Shown piece by piece: positions 1 to 12,905 of a stretch of DNA of 64,000 bases; the stretch's first letter is position 1; each line of letters opens with the position of its first letter. A program made the translations under genes and the position numbers. Source of the DNA: Antedon mediterranea (taxonomy: Eukaryota > Animalia > Echinodermata); the NCBI RefSeq assembly GCF_964355755.1, contig NC_092670.1, positions 33,902,388 to 33,966,387 on the forward strand, read 5' to 3'. Below the pieces are notes generated by a model. The model was not told the origin of the DNA, ran no database searches, and saw only the letters and a list, made by a program, of their open reading frames with translations.

Positions 1-103
1 TAGTCAAATTTCCAAGAATAACCAAAGTAGAATTCATTCAAATATCCTCAGTGACATCCTGTTCACATGAAAAACATACAGTAAGATGCTCCTATACAAA
101 TCT

Positions 104-251
104 TAAGCTCTGTCTACACTACCAAACTAGTTTGACAAAAAGAAAGTGTTATGGCCCAAATATGGTAGTGATATGACATAATCATGTCCATATAATATGG
201 GCACATCAAATGTTTTTGTAACATAAGCTTTGATAGTGTAGACAAGCTTTA
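104..251. mobile_element. ~150-bp MITE family copy (other copies ~2408-2580 and ~61051-61210)
   Basis: TIR-like ends aagctctgtctacact...agtgtagacaagctt; the internal repeat (cccaaatatggtagtgatatg) is shared by three dispersed copies. Confidence 0.65.
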
Positions 252-547
252 CACTAAGTTATTGGGAGTTTTTTTGTCATGAGAAGACATACTGTAGGAT
301 AGGATTTGAATCTAGGAACCTGGAATTGGTAGCCTAGCACCTTAACCACCACAAAACTACAAAGAGGGCATTATTATATTGTTTGAAGGTTTGCATGGCG
401 AAATCAAATGTTGATATAAAGTTTGTGGTACACCACGTATATTAGTTCTGAACTGTTGAGTTTCGATCAATATGCTTTGATCATCCTCTCCTCAATAATG
501 CAATTTAGCATAAAAAGAAAGGCATGTACAAAATAATAACTGCTTAC

Positions 548-674
548 TATTATAGAACAAATGAATATCTCGTAAGGCAGGTAGGTGGTGCGCTAAGTTT
601 ACAACTTCTTGCCAACGTACTCCTGTGTTGTTCAAAACGATTGAGTTCAGCTTACAATGATCATGGTCAAGATT
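548..674 (-). CDS. TBCEL: TBCEL-like coding exon 3 (LRR); gene continues beyond window start
   Basis: Not in the ORF track. After the ctgcag acceptor it reads NLDHDHCKLNSIVLNNTGVRWQEVVNLAHHLPALRDIHLFYN (TBCEL pattern LVLNNxxxxWxxVxxxxxxLPxLxELxLxxN), then an a|gtaag donor. Phase-compatible with exon 2. Confidence 0.85.
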
Positions 675-744
675 CTGCAGACAACGCTGTCAACAGAATG
701 TTTCAAAAATGAGCTTTAATATAAATAGAGAAATAACCTGTGAA

Positions 745-1015
745 TTGCAGCCTACTTGGCTGAATTGCACACACAGGTGTGGACGACACGTACCACAACT
801 TTCTACTCCCTAGGGGTCCCTTCGTGTCGAGTGCTGCCACCAAATGGCGCCTGTTCACAACGACAGGAACTGAATGGACCAGTATACCGGGGTAACCCCC
901 ACTCTTCCGAAAGATGTACCGGGTTTTTAAAAGTGCACACAAGCCAGATGTGTACACAGGACATTTAGTTTTAAGTCCTTATCCGCCGGGAAAACTCCCA
1001 CCACCAGAACAATGG
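745..1015 (-). mobile_element. SINE-like dispersed repeat (second copy ~61885-62270 with Pol III A-box-like head)
   Basis: Shares ~250 bp with 61900-62190 (gtcccttcgtgtcgagtgctgccaccaaa...gaatggaccagta...ggtaacccc). The minus strand of the second copy begins with an A-box-like TGGCTCAGCGG. Confidence 0.6.
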
Positions 1016-1409
1016 TCAAGAAGTGGGTCTGGGTATGAAATTTAAGGACAATTAGGCTGGGATCATACTCAGATTTCATTAACAATGGAATTTACCAAAG
1101 TCATATTTTTAATTTTAGCATAAATTAGGAGTAAGGTGGTGAGGTAAGGTGGGATTTATATTCAACCTAGGATTATACTCGTACCATTTATTCGGTACTA
1201 ATTATTCATAAAAAAAAAAACAGAACTTGATCTGCAGTTCATATTAGAACTCACACAAAAAATTAGGCACATACAGTACACATAAAACATATTTAAACAA
1301 CACTGCTACAAACAGCTAATTTACATAGGAAGCATGAACAGTATGGCAACCAAAAAGGGCATTACATCACAACCAAAATAAAGTATGACCTAATGTATCA
1401 GTTACAGCA

Positions 1410-1571
1410 CAGTGACATAGACGGCTATGAAGACTCACTGGCTAAACCCAGGGGCCCCGCAACTTATGGGGGCCCCTGAGCAGTGCCAAGAAGAAAATAT
1501 ATTAAAAAGGGCTAAAAACGCCCAAGGCCTTTAGCATTGGAGGGGCCTCTGGCCTCTACATTACGCCACTG
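1410..1571. mobile_element. hAT-type MITE
   Basis: Ends cagtgacata...tacgccactg; near-perfect 8-bp TSD ttacagca (1402-1409) / ttaccgca (1572-1579). Confidence 0.7.
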
Positions 1572-1587
1572 TTACCGCAATACCAAC

Positions 1588-1779
1588 CTGGTTGTGTCGA
1601 AGTCTGTTTGAGCTGATATTTAAGAATTCCAACTTTGGTAGATTATCCAATAAGCATATTACTTCTGACCAAGAATCAATGAAGTTTTCGGAAAGGTCAA
1701 GGTCAACGACATTCGGACAGATTTTCTGATTTTCAATAGTTGGAAATCCGCAGGAACTAATTTGGTAGTTCATTAACAC
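1588..1779 (-). CDS. TBCEL: TBCEL-like coding exon 2 (LRR)
   Basis: VLMNYQISSCG...CPNVVDLDLSENFIDSWSEVICLLDNLPKLEFLNISSNRL matches the TBCEL LRR pattern (CxxVxELDLSxNxxxxWxEVxxIxxNxPxLEFLNLSSN). Flanked by ctgtag acceptor and CAG|gttggt donor; 192 nt, phase 0/0. Confidence 0.88.
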
Positions 1780-4411
1780 CTACAGGGTACAAAACAAAAT
1801 TGTGGCTAAATTATATTAATTTTAATTTATCTGCAATGCAAAATATATAAATAAATACTATTTCATAGTAATAAAATTAACTAAATCTTAAAGTTCTGTA
1901 ACCTTCATAGTACCACAAATAACTTACTTTATTTCCTTCTGGTTTATTGTATTAATTACTTATTGTGCTTAAAAAATGGTGAAAATGAAATCTCAATCTC
2001 ACCAGCAAACACATACAAACTTATAATCTTGAGAAAAGTTTTCTAAATTATAGGCTCACTTACAATTAACAAAGATAAGTATATTAAGTGATAATTTTTA
2101 GTCATAATATTTATTCATTTTTATTTATTCAACAATATTTCCAAGAGGGTGACCCAGCCAGCAAACTGTAAGCTGATTTTAATGGGGCCCTTAACAATAC
2201 AGACGACATAAAAACATTACAAGTAAAAAATATACAATGTATTTTAATTCACATCTTTTAGCTGTCAGTGCTCATTGGGTTGAAAACAATAGGCTGACGT
2301 GGAAGGCCATACAATTATTCATTGGCACAAGATTTGTAAAAGCTAAAAATAACTATTATGTCATGGAAAACACAGGAAAAGGACTAAATACTTTACTTTG
2401 AATGGTTTTAAGCTATGTCTACACTATCAAACTAGTTTGCCAAAAAATACGTGATCTGCCCAATTATGGTAGTGATATGCCCAAATATGGTAGTGGTATG
2501 ACATCATCATGTCCATATATGGGCACATCATATTTTTGTCACATAAAATTGGATAGTTGTTTTAATAATAGTAACAGACTGTAGTCATCTACATTTAATT
2601 GTTTTAAGCTTAAAGCTTTTAATCATCCATATATGGGCACATCACATCTCTTTGTAGACAAGCCTTTACATTCATACAGACAATTTCACCTCTATCTATA
2701 TAACTTTTTATTTCTTTTTAACTTGTTTTTATATTAATGATACAGTAATTCAACTTTTTAATAATAATAATTATGAATCTTCAGCGAAGGCTTTTTTAAA
2801 ATATTTTAAACATACAATCATAAAGCTGTACAGAACAACAATGTGTTAACAATGACCTGAAGGTTTTTTACAACAATAACCTGCAATAAAGGTCTTTGCG
2901 ATGAATTTGCCTTTATTATTGTTTATTAAAGCATTTGATGAGGGAAATTCATGTAGAAACAGACGTCAAGAATACATTGTGACGTGGACAATCAACAAAA
3001 GAACAATGCTAAAGTACAGTAAGACTGTAACTGTAAGTTTAACAGCAGAATTAGTCGATGTAGAATAGAGATGGGCAGATCAAAAACCAATTTAAAATCA
3101 AACAATAAATATTCATAAAAAAACTTGTTTTCATTTCTTATTTCAGATAATTGTCCTTGCTAACATATACCGTATACAAATTTATGAAAAATACTATAAA
3201 ATGTTATGTGATTCCAACATCCATACTAACAAATTTAAATGTGCCACACTGTACAATATTGTATGTAGATAGTTTTGTGTAGGACACTTATAAATACCCT
3301 TTACCAAAATCTGGATCTGTCACTATTAAATGGATTTATTTAAAGTACATAACTTCCTTGACAGCAGTATTAACTTAAAGTAAAGTACAATTTCCGTGAT
3401 TTTACAATAGGTGTATTACAAATTCAACTAAGCAGCCTTGGCTGGTAAGCTACAGTACTATAATACCTTCACTTTTAAAAATTTGTTAATAAAGCTTTGT
3501 CAAGTGATGTACAGTATACTGTAGTTAATATGGAAAGGTCAAATGGAAGTAGAAATAATATAAGAAAAAGAATTAGTCTTATTTTAGTATGGAATAGTGA
3601 CCAATCCCACATATCTTTAAAAAAAAATATTTCTTAACATTTTTTGTTGTTGAATATACCATTATAATGTCTCGAATAGTAAAATAGTTATTCACTTTGA
3701 CCAAAAATTTGATTGAAAAAACATTATTTACCTGAAACAACAATAACTGGTTTTTTGGTTGAATTTATTTTGAAATACACTTCTTTTTCTACGGAAGTGA
3801 TTAACAACAATTAATAAAATAACAAACTGGCCTAGATTTAAAGTCTGCTTTTTTGTTTCTGGAGGGATAACACAACATTTTATAAAACATTAATTCGCTC
3901 CCATAATTTGTTTGTGATCATATACTGTATTAATTCAAATGTATCTGTTTTCTAGAACATAATTTATCATGGTGCCTGACCATTGGATTAATTATTTAAA
4001 AACTTAATTATGCGTAAATAATATTTAAGTTATTAAGGTTGCACAGATATCGCTGTTTTGCTGCTTTACAGTTACTCCACCACAGGAAGACAACATTTCC
4101 ATTCATTAATTGGTTCAAGTAAAGTAAATTCAATTTATTAGGTTACTGAGAAATAAACTTTTGTTTTACTTAATTGGAAAGCAGGAAATCACAAATTCGT
4201 TATGTAATAGGCCTAGTTAGTATTGAAACAGAACGATTAACTTTGTCTATAAATTGGCAATTCCTGTTAATTACACAACACAAGTCACAAGTGCACAAAA
4301 CAGTCAGAAAGGCCAAGCAGGGTTAAAACAAAAAAACAAATAGAGAAAAAAGTTAATTTTAGTAGTCATATTATTATTAATAATATGCCTAGGCCTAGCC
4401 ACGGTACATAC

Positions 4412-4630
4412 CACATTTGTAAGATACGGAAACTCTGGTTCATCTATAACAACACCTTTATCTTCCTGGTCTCCTAGGCCGCCGCTGATGCTCCTAGTAG
4501 ACTTCAAAGAACGGCGATTCGGACGGCTACCGAATATGACGATGTCCACTACGAAGTCGCTGCTATCCAAGTCAAAATCATCACAATATTTTGACCGCAA
4601 AGCGTCGACAAAAGTCTTTTGTTGAGCCAT
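4412..4630 (-). CDS. TBCEL: TBCEL-like (tubulin-specific chaperone cofactor E-like) first coding exon
   Basis: MAQQKTFVDALRSKY...PEFPYLTNV resembles the TBCEL N-terminus (SFxxxLxxKY...LPxVL). Phase-0 GT donor (GTG|gtatgt) at 4411. AG acceptor just upstream at 4658-4659 and a further donor near 4749 suggest a non-coding first exon. Confidence 0.8.
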
Positions 4631-5449
4631 TTACAGCTTCCAGCTATTCCAGGAACTCTGAAAAACAAATTAAGATTGTACCTGTTTATGTTATTATGAT
4701 TTCAACATGCACAATTTTATGAGATATAAATTCATTCATTCAAACTCACCTTTTGTCTTTCAATGTTGCGTCGTTTGTTTTTGTTTTGAAGTTAGGTCAT
4801 CAGCTGATTTAGAAATGCGACCTCTAGACTCTCAACGACAGCCGCAAACATTCCATGCGTAAAAATGAAATCATTTATAGGTCCCTTGATTTTTTCCTTT
4901 CAGCCGTATGCTGTGCTATAAGACGCTCTCGGGCTTATACCGATAAGCAAGCATACATTTTTAATGGAAACATCCTAAATAAAAAGCCTACACATTCACC
5001 TATTTTCCCGGGTCCTTTTTTGTTTAATCGATGTGAGATAAATTTGTCTAAATCTTGATTGTTTTTACATTAAACCTATGTAGGCCCTATATAGGCCTAC
5101 CGTGCCACTATCTCCGACAGCGACTAGACTTTAAAGTTATAGGTTTACATTGGTGTGAATCTAGAAATTGGGCCTATTGTATGGATTTGAAACGTTCGAA
5201 ATATTAATATTCACTAATAAACGAGGTAAACGTTTAATGCATGTAATATAAAAATGTTTGATGCGATTGTAATTATGATGGTAAATCATGTCAATAAAAT
5301 GATTAGTTATATTGAAATAGCCTTCAAATTCATTTAATTCAACCAACAATCTACATGCTGCATCTATATGTTTTGTAAACTTTTCATAGACTCATTTCCA
5401 GCCGTTGTTTTTCTTCCATTTGATCCCATGTAAAAGGTTAGAATTGAAT

Positions 5450-5720
5450 TGCGCCGTATAAAAAAGGGCCAAATCAAAAAGAGCCGAACGTAATGCAGAA
5501 AGAGCCGAATAAAAAAGGGCCGAATTAAAAAGAGCCGAACGTAATGGTAAATGGGCCGAATAAAAAAGAGCCGAATGCTGAAAGAGCCGAACGTAATGGT
5601 AAATGGGCCAAATAGAAATGCGCCGAATGCTGAAAGAGCCGAATGAAATGGTAAATGGGCCGAATAGAAATGCGCCGAATGCTAAAAGAGCCGAACGTAA
5701 TGGTAAAAAAGCCGAATAGA
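5450..5720. repeat. Tandem minisatellite (aaagagccgaacgtaatggtaaatgggccgaa-type units)
   Basis: Repeated gccgaa-core units visible directly. Confidence 0.85.
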
Positions 5721-5794
5721 ATAAAAATTTGCTGCCGGAGGCAGCAATGGCGTTCCATACGGACTACAGCAATGGCGTTCCATACGGACTACTG

Positions 5795-6090
5795 TACTTT
5801 AATTGTGTGTGAAGTACTTTCGAATTTGTTGCGGAATTCTTTAATTGTGCGAGGAGCTTTCGAATTTGTTGCGGACTTCTTTAATTGTGCGAGGAGCTTT
5901 CGAATTTGTTGCGGACTTCTTTAATTGTGCTTAGCTCTTCTTTAATTGCGCGTTTCTTCTTTATTTGTGCATTTCGTTTTATATTTTCATGCTTTCTTTT
6001 GTTTATATGCGATTCCTTCTTTAATTGTGTGATTTCTTCTTTAATTGTGTGATTTCTTCTTTAATTGTGTGAATATGATTTATAGTGTGC
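5795..6090. repeat. Tandem repeat (ttctttaattgtg core)
   Basis: Visible ~40-bp and ~20-bp tandem units. Confidence 0.8.
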
Positions 6091-6282
6091 GTGACAGTTG
6101 TGGGCCACCGTATATACGAGATCCCGCTTAGTGAATAAATATACTGAATTATAGATGAGGGCGTATCAATTTGATCTCTGGTGCGCGTGCGTACAACTGA
6201 GGACTAGTTGTGTTCCAACCGTACCACGCCGAGAATGTTAAAGGGTCGTTATCCGATCGAGTTAAAGAACAATACCATGAAA

Positions 6283-6354
6283 GCCCGAGTGGTCTAATGG
6301 TTAGGGCAACTACATATCAAGCAGACGGTCCGAGTTCGAGTCTCGGTTGGGGCG
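6283..6354 (+). pseudogene. tRNA-like sequence (pseudo-tRNA / SINE head), copy 1
   Basis: A-box TGGTCTAATGG, B-box/T-arm CCGAGTTCGAGTCTCGG, imperfect acceptor stem GCCCGAG/TTGGGGC, non-canonical anticodon loop. Confidence 0.65.
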
Positions 6355-6654
6355 ACTTTTTCTCATTCTCCCAGATTTCCTCATCTTTATCGTTTCAAAA
6401 ATTAATTAAATAATTTTCAGTGTATCACCGGGTGGTTTGGAATTTATTTCTATGCCTGTTGTGTTTATATATATATAAAAGTATCTCTCGAGATCCCGCT
6501 TAGTGAATAAATATACTGAATTATAGATGAGGGCGTATCAATTTGATCTCTGGTGCGCGTGCGTACAACTGAGGACTAGTTGTGTTCCAACCGTACCACG
6601 CCGAGAATGTTAAAGGGTCGTTATCCGATCGAGTTAAAGAACAATACCATGAAA

Positions 6655-6726
6655 GCCCGAGTGGTCTAATGGTTAGGGCAACTGCATATCAAGCAGACGG
6701 TCCGAGTTCGAGTCTCGGTTGGGGTG
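6655..6726 (+). pseudogene. tRNA-like sequence (pseudo-tRNA / SINE head), copy 2
   Basis: As copy 1; anticodon arm CTGC-ATATCAA-GCAG. Confidence 0.65.
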
Positions 6727-7275
6727 ACTTTTTCTCATTCTCACAGATTTCCTCATCTTTATCGTTTCAAAAATTAATTAAATAATGTTCAGTGTATCAC
6801 CGGGCGGTTTGGAATTTATTTCTATGCCTGTTGTGTTTATATATATATATATATATAAACACAGTAGGCAAAGAACATTAATTCTAAACCGCCCCGGTGA
6901 TATACTGAAATTTAATTATTTAATTTGAAACGATAAAGAATATATATATATATTGCGTGAATATAACCAGTGACGCATCAGGACCAGTGCCAAAAATGCG
7001 TAGCTCAAAATAATTATTATTATAATATTTTTCTGGGCGGGATTTTTATGTGCTCAGAAATCGATTGAAACCACCTATAAATTACTCAAAGAGCCGAGCT
7101 TCCACCACGACCACGGCCCTCAGCCTAAGCTTGCTCGCTTCGCTCGCAATGTATTTCATTTTTATACGCCACCCCCCCCCCCCCCACCCACCCACTATTA
7201 CAAATGGATCTGCGCCGTTGCTTGCGTTAAATTTATCTTTTATTATTTTTCGGTATTATTATTATTATTATTTAG

Positions 7276-7399
7276 ATCGCTATTCATGGACACACTGGTT
7301 GCAATGAAAATCAGCAGGTTGGGTACTCGTGCCAACAACGACACGTCTGCTGCAAGATTGCCGAAAATGTTAACGAGATTCCTGAATGCCAAAATCTTA
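7276..7399 (+). pseudogene. Cys-rich exon, probable upstream exon of the disrupted FAMeT-domain gene
   Basis: tttag acceptor, open frame IAIHGHTGCNENQQVGYSCQQRHVCCKIAENVNEIPECQNL, a|gtaagt phase-1 donor matching the phase-1 acceptor at 21446. A degenerate paralog lies at 57181. Confidence 0.55.
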
Positions 7400-8289
7400 G
7401 TAAGTTTCAATTGGCAATCACGATGAACCAGAGATTATGACGTGTACAATCAGAGATTGGTTAGTTGGTCTCATGTACAATAACCTTGTCATCATAAACA
7501 GTCTACTTCTTTCTGACACGACTGATGAATATGTCTATGATCAATTGTTGTTTTTTAGATAGAAGAATACAACAATAATATGCTGGTAAACTTTCTTTAT
7601 GTTATGCTCATGCGTTTTCATATTTCTATCTTTCAAATCCCCTTCTTCGTAAGCTAACAGAGTTCCTTGAGTTTTTCGCTTCAGCGAAATTAGTAATACG
7701 AATAGTTTCTATTTCTTGAGTTTTTGAGAGTTCATTAGCACTTATAAAAACCCAACGTGATGTTTAAACCCAGCTAGCAATTTGACATTGGCCCGACGTC
7801 GGCAAGCGTCGGCAGACGTTGACAAAGTCGCGGGCAAATTGCCGACGTTATTACAACGTTATTACAACGTGTACTATAAGTCGTGAATTTAATGGTTGTT
7901 AACCTAACGTCCTGCCGACGTCGTATTTACGTTGAAAAATTGACAAAAAAATGTGCCTTGCGATTACATAAATCCAACGTCAGTTTGACGTCGTTATCAT
8001 TGGTTGGCACAACGTCTGCAAACGTCAACATATTAAAGTAATTTTGACACGTCGCATCAACGTTGGCAAAACGTTGTAAAGAGTTGTCAACAATCAAACG
8101 TCGTCACAACGTTGACAATTTGCCAATATATGACAACTTATCAAGTCGGCAAATTATTGTTGGTTTAACGTCGCCATTAGTCGTTGGTTCACCGTTAGCG
8201 AATGTCGACACACTAAAGTCATTTTCCTCACGTTGCACCGACATCGGCTAATGGTTGTAAAATTTATGTAGGCATTTTAACGTCTAACC

Positions 8290-10130
8290 AACGTTTGAAA
8301 TTGGATACAAGACTTTAAGCATTTGGGTTGTTCATTTATGTCGATTCAACGTCAAATAAAAGTTGTTAAGCCAACGTCAGCAATTGTCAACAACATTACA
8401 TTGACTTGTTCCACGTCATACAGACGTTGGCTTATAGTTGTATACGTTAAGTCGGACATCAAACGTCGTGCCAACGCTTGAAATTGACGCAAAATACTAT
8501 CATTTATGGTCACTATTCTAGCGTCAGTTTAACGTCAAATAAAAGTTGTTAAGCCAACGTCAGCAATTGTCAAAAATATTACATTGACTTGTTCCACGTC
8601 ATGCAGACGTTGGCTAATAGTTGTATACGTTAAGTCTGATATCAAACGTCGTGCCAACGCTTGAAATTGACGCAAAATACTATCATTTATGGTCACTATT
8701 CTAGCGTCAGTTTAACGTCAAATAAAAGTTGTTAAGCCAACGTCAGCAATTGTCAAAAATATTACATTGACTTGTTCCACGTCATACAGACGTTGGCTTA
8801 TAGTTGTATACGTTAAGTCTGATATCAAACGTCATACCAACGCTTGAAATTGACGCAAAATACAATCATTTATGGTCACTATTCTAGCGTCAGTTTAACG
8901 TCAAATAAAAGTTGTTAAGCCAACGTCAGCAATTGTCAACAACATTACATTGACTTGTTCCACGTCATGCAGACGTTGGCTAATAGTTGTATACGTTAAG
9001 TCTGATATCAAACGTCGTGCCAACGCTTGAAATTGACGCAAAATACTAGCATTTATGGTCACTATTCTAGCGTCAGTTTAACGTCAAATAAAAGTTGTTA
9101 AGCCAACGTCAGCAATTGTCAAAAATATTACATTGACTTGTTCCACGTCATGCAGACGTTGGCTAATAGTTGTATACGTTAAGTCTGATATCAAACGTCA
9201 TACCAACGCTTGAAATTGACGCAAAATACAATCATTTATGGTCACTATTCTAGCGTCAGTTTAACGTCAAATAAAAGTTGTTAAGCCAACGTCAGCAATT
9301 GTCAACAACATTACATTGACTTGTTCCACGTCATACAGACGTTGGCTAATAGTTGTATACGTTAAGTCTGATATCAAACGTCGTGCCAACGCTTGAAATT
9401 GACGCAAAATACAATCATTTATGGTCACTATTCTAGCGTCAGTTTAACGTCAAATAAAAGTTGTTAAGCCAACGTCAGCAATTGTCAACAACATTACATT
9501 GACTTGTTCCACGTCATGCAGACGTTGGCTAATAGTTGTATACGTTAAGTCTGATATCAAACGTCGTGCCAACGCTTGAAATTGACGCAAAATACTAGCA
9601 TTTATGGTCACTATTCTAGCGTCAGTTTAACGTCAAATGAAAGTTGTTAAGCCAACGTCAGCAATTGTCAAAAATATTACATTGACTTGTTCCACGTCAT
9701 GCAGACGTTGGCTAATAGTTGTATACGTTAAGTCTGATATCAAACGTCATACCAACGCTTGAAATTGACGCAAAATACAATCATTTATGGTCACTATTCT
9801 AGCGTCAGTTTAACGTCAAATAAAAGTTGTTAAGCCAACGTCAGCAATTGTCAACAACATTACATTGACTTGTTCCACGTCATGCAGACGTTGGCTTATA
9901 GTTGTATACGTTAAGTCTGATATCAAACGTCGTGCCAACGCTTGAAATTGATGCAAAATACAATCATTTATGGTCACTATTCTAGCGTCAGTTTAACGTC
10001 AAATAAAAGTTTGTTAAGCCAACGTCAGCAATTGTCAACGACATTACATTGACTTGTTTCACATTGACTTTATAGTAACAATTGTATTACTGGTTAAGTC
10101 GGATTTTAAACGTCGTACCAACGCTTAAAT
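8290..10130. repeat. 183-bp satellite, ~10 near-identical copies, in the left subterminal region of the EnSpm element
   Basis: The motif ttgacttgttccacgtcat recurs at 8401, 8584, 8767, 8950... (183-bp period). Confidence 0.92.
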
Positions 10131-11454
10131 ATTACAAACATATCGTGTTTATTCCAAACTTGATAGAGTAACTGATTGACAACTTACTAAATAATACAAT
10201 ACCCCACATAGAAAAGTTGATTCAAACAAAATGCAATATTATGTTTTGATATGGATATTAAAGAAAAGTAGGCCTATATTCTTCTTTAGATTGTTTCTAA
10301 ATATTTTTGAACATTAATTAGGACATCTAACTTTATATATTAAGAGAATGTCTTTACACTTATCGTTTGAATGCAGCTATTGAAATGGAATGATTGATTT
10401 AATGATGGTCATCCTAATTATGGTTCCATTTAAAATAAATGGCGCCCCCATTCAAGAAACTGAATGTAATCAAAGATCTTATAAAATTAATGAAAATACA
10501 AAATCTACAATTTACAAGGAACCAATTATTGGTATTAAAAGATAAATATTGAAATATGTACTTGGCTATTTTTCTAAACGGAAAAATGCAACCATACCAC
10601 CATACATCATAAATGCAAAATAAAGAAAAACGATTAAGTTCATTCCACTGATAATACGTTTAATTGCATTTTCATTTCAACAGCCTAACATTAAATTTAT
10701 TTAAAAACATTTGTCAAGATAGATATTGGGAATACACCTCCATTTTTTCGCAATATAAGAGAAGCTAATAACGAATTGACAAATGGTCAAACAATAAACG
10801 GTCTCAGAAAACGATGTTATAACGTTCATGATCTGTAATGTTCGCTGATATTATAAAAACTAAAAAGTAGGCATAGGTTAAGTTTAATTCGTAGTAAGAT
10901 ATATGTGTGTATTATATTATATACTCCAAAGTAACTAAATTCTACAGAGGCTTCAAATTTAATTTATGTAAAAATAAAAATTGTACATGAATGTTAATGA
11001 ACTATTTGGGCTTATAAACTTATGTTATGTTATGTTCTAAATTACCGAACGTAAAACAAAAAATGATGAGATACAAAAATGTGGATAAAGAAAGAAATAA
11101 TGCGCAAGACATAAAATTAAAATAATACATTATTATGTAAGCAGTGTATAAATTGTTGAACAAAGTATTAATATAGTTCATATGTTATATATTATTTGTC
11201 TTGTTAAATAAATTTGTAAGGCCCTATACTGTTATTCTTTAAGGAAAGTTGATATACCCTATTATTTTATGCCTATTAATAGTATTAATATTGTTTAAGT
11301 AAATATTTTGTCTAATTGCCTTGATTTTGTGTATAGGCCAATGGCATCAAATTTGTCTCAAAGCAAATTAAAGACACTTTTAGACACATGATTCATTGAT
11401 TTCTGATATAATATTCTGTACTTGTGTATGCATTACTAAAATAGTTATATTATG

Positions 11455-12905
11455 TTTCATTTATAATGTATGTAAACATTTATTCATTTTTTTAAAACAA
11501 ATCGGTGCACTTTTTCTGTTGTTTTTGTTTAATTAATTTTAATTAAAATTATGACAACAATTCCTATCTAACCTAGATTCACACAAAAACAATTACTTCC
11601 TAATAAAATTGTATAATGGTATACATTACAGAGCATTGAATAAACTCGAGCGGAATATTAACGCACATAAAAAAACATTCATTTTCTTGTCGAAAAGTGC
11701 CCTCTCTAGTTTTCTATTGATTTAATAATTATTAATAATTAATTAATGGGTAATATTAAAATATTTTTAACTTTTAATGTTAGAAGTTGGTTCTACTCCT
11801 AACAAAGTTTCATATCTCCAAATTTCAACAAGGTAGACAAAGCACTTCAATAAATATCACATTTAACATCACAAATTAGGATTATGGATTGAATTTTTGC
11901 TAATAATTTTCGATAAAAAATACTTTTCGTATTTAAAAACATTTGATACTTGGTGTGAATATTCAATATAAGTTGCTCTATCCATATTGCTAAAGAAAAA
12001 TAAATATCAAACCATAATTCACTGATTGTTGTGATTTACGTTTTTACAAAATTTACACTTATGAACGACCATACAATTCCAACTCATTTTTTCAACCTAA
12101 TAACGATTTAAAAAAAAAAAACCAACAGAAAAGGGTTATGAAAGCAATTTTGTTTCTGTGAATAGAGCAACCTATATTGAACATATAAAACGAGTTTCAA
12201 TTGTTTTTAAATACGAAAAGTATTTTTTATCGACGTTTTTTATATATGTTTTTAGGCAAAAATTCCTTCAATAACCCTAATTTGTGATGTTAAATATGAT
12301 ATTTATTGAAGTAATTAGACAACGTTGTTGAAATTTGGAGATATGAAATTTTGTTAGGAGTAGATCCAACTTCCTACATTAAATGTTAAAAACATGTTAA
12401 CCTTACCCATTAATTAATTATAAATAATTAATAAATCAATAGAAAACTAGAGAGGGCACTTTTCGATAAGAAAATGATTATGTTTTTTATGTACGTTATT
12501 ATTCCGCTCGAGTTTATTCAACATACTGTATTGTATACTACAGTAATATACTATTTTATTGGAAAGTAAATATTTTTGTGTGAATCTTCTTGGAGTTCTT
12601 TGAAAGAGTATCCGCTTATACTTCTTTTCTTCAGATTCAACATCTGATTTAGGTCTTAAATGTGCACACACACTTCCTGAACCAACATAGTACATTGAAA
12701 GTCAAATGAATTGTTTTAACTTTTTTTATTGAAAACAATCTGACTCAAAACATATTATCAGGGACAATAATAGAAAGGTTAGATAGGTTTGTTGTAATAA
12801 TTTTTAATTAAAATTGATTAAACAAAAAACAACAGAAAAGTGCACTTTTTTGTTTTAAAAAATGTAAAAAAATGAATAAATATTTACTTACATTATAAAT
12901 GTAAA
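11455..12905. repeat. Long imperfect inverted repeat (foldback) inside the EnSpm element
   Basis: ~11575-11985 pairs with ~12160-12590 (e.g. aaaagtgccctctctagttttctattgattt / aaatcaatagaaaactagagagggcactttt); 11455-11575 pairs with 12775-12905. Confidence 0.8.

Larger units (their letters stand above)
6117..6850 (+). repeat. 372-bp direct tandem duplication, each unit containing a tRNA-derived element
   Basis: 6117-6480 is nearly identical to 6489-6850 (offset 372). Confidence 0.9.

Noticed and set aside
1-95. Possible further TBCEL exon
   Set aside because: Candidate acceptors lead to stops in the required phase; the next exon is probably outside the window.
6210-6785. Duplicated 67-aa ORFs, or functional tRNA genes
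   Set aside because: The ORFs are incidental to the repeat unit. The tRNA-like parts have an acceptor-stem mismatch and a non-canonical anticodon loop, so they are treated as pseudo-tRNA/SINE.
7559-7590. Possible small exon after the Cys-rich exon
   Set aside because: The phase-1 reading hits TAA within six codons; the 21446 acceptor gives a better continuation.
8290-10130. Regularly spaced repeats resembling a CRISPR array
   Set aside because: Whole 183-bp units repeat with no unique spacers; eukaryotic context with no cas genes.
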